DNA from: Monocercomonoides exilis PA203
Taxonomy: Eukaryota; Protista; Preaxostyla
Length of the DNA: 64,000 nucleotides
Direction of reading: 5' to 3'
Assembly (NCBI GenBank): GCA_001643675.2
Contig: LSRY02000020.1
Span: 1,178,001-1,242,000, forward strand
Both the position numbers and the translations under genes were made by a program. Positions 63,751 through 64,000 of the stretch are shown here, piece after piece. Position 1 is the stretch's first letter. Each line of letters opens with the position of its first letter. The notes beneath the pieces were generated by a model. It was not told the origin of the DNA. It ran no database searches and saw only the letters and a list, made by a program, of their open reading frames with translations.

Positions 63751-64000
63751 AACTTAGTCGTGCGTTAAATTATTCGCAAAACACACTTGTTCCACAACAA
63801 ACTGCTATCCGTAAGGAAAAGGCAATAATTCCTTTAGGAAAGCAAGAACCAAAAGCCATAATGACAAAAAAGTGGGCAAGTATGGAATCATCAAAAACAG
63901 ATGAATCAGTAGAGAAGGATTTGCGATTTCTTGAACTTAGGAAATATGCAAGCAAAAAGCAGTTCTACAAATCTACAGGAATGAAAGAAAAGCCTAAAAC
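63751..64000 (+). CDS. FCF2: Fcf2/DNTTIP2-like pre-rRNA processing protein, partial (runs off the right edge)
   Basis: Open frame after a TAG acceptor: KWASMESSKTDESVEKDLRFLELRKYASKKQFYKS, fitting the Fcf2 pattern W-x-x-M...DL-x-x-L-x-x-R...K-x-FYK. Confidence 0.6.

Noticed and set aside
63770-63955. Minus-strand 61-aa ORF
   Set aside because: Antisense shadow of the plus-strand FCF2-like exon
1-64000. Genome-wide alternative genetic code (TAR=Gln or TGA=Cys/Trp)
   Set aside because: Conserved genes end at expected positions with TAA (enolase, FCF1) and TGA (centrin), and multi-kb ORFs lack internal TAR
8711-64000. Ribosome-biogenesis cluster (RRN7, FCF1, FCF2)
   Set aside because: FCF2 is 50 kb from the others with unrelated genes between; adjacency of two genes is weak evidence
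1-64000. CRISPR arrays, rRNA or tRNA genes
   Set aside because: No regularly spaced direct repeats or recognisable structural RNA seen; the repeats are microsatellites and TIRs

Overview
AT-rich, intron-containing eukaryotic protist DNA. Gene content, short GTTTG..AG introns and poly-Ser coding tracts resemble an oxymonad/metamonad such as Monocercomonoides (my inference, not a database result). The standard genetic code appears to apply, since conserved genes end in TAA and TGA. Housekeeping genes: centrin, RRN7/TAF1B, FCF1, enolase, WDR27-like, an RS-RRM protein, an ARM-repeat protein and part of FCF2. There are two paralogous giant modular surface proteins. One runs off the left edge; the other is a 4072-codon frame (signal peptide, 8 Cys modules, TM helix, pseudokinase) broken by a single in-frame TGA. 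Also present are a decayed KDSR-like gene and a spliced multi-TM calpain with DEK1-like architecture. The most unexpected structure is an ~8 kb nested DNA-transposon island (27.1-35.0 kb). It holds a Tc1/mariner-type MITE and several ATAT-flanked GGG..CCC MITEs. It also holds a 2.8 kb element with 463-bp TIRs and an 8-bp TSD, and a 2.8 kb hAT derivative (8-bp TSD, transposase remnant). The hAT derivative carries a rearranged piece of the surface-protein family, and the long-TIR element probably carries host-gene debris too.
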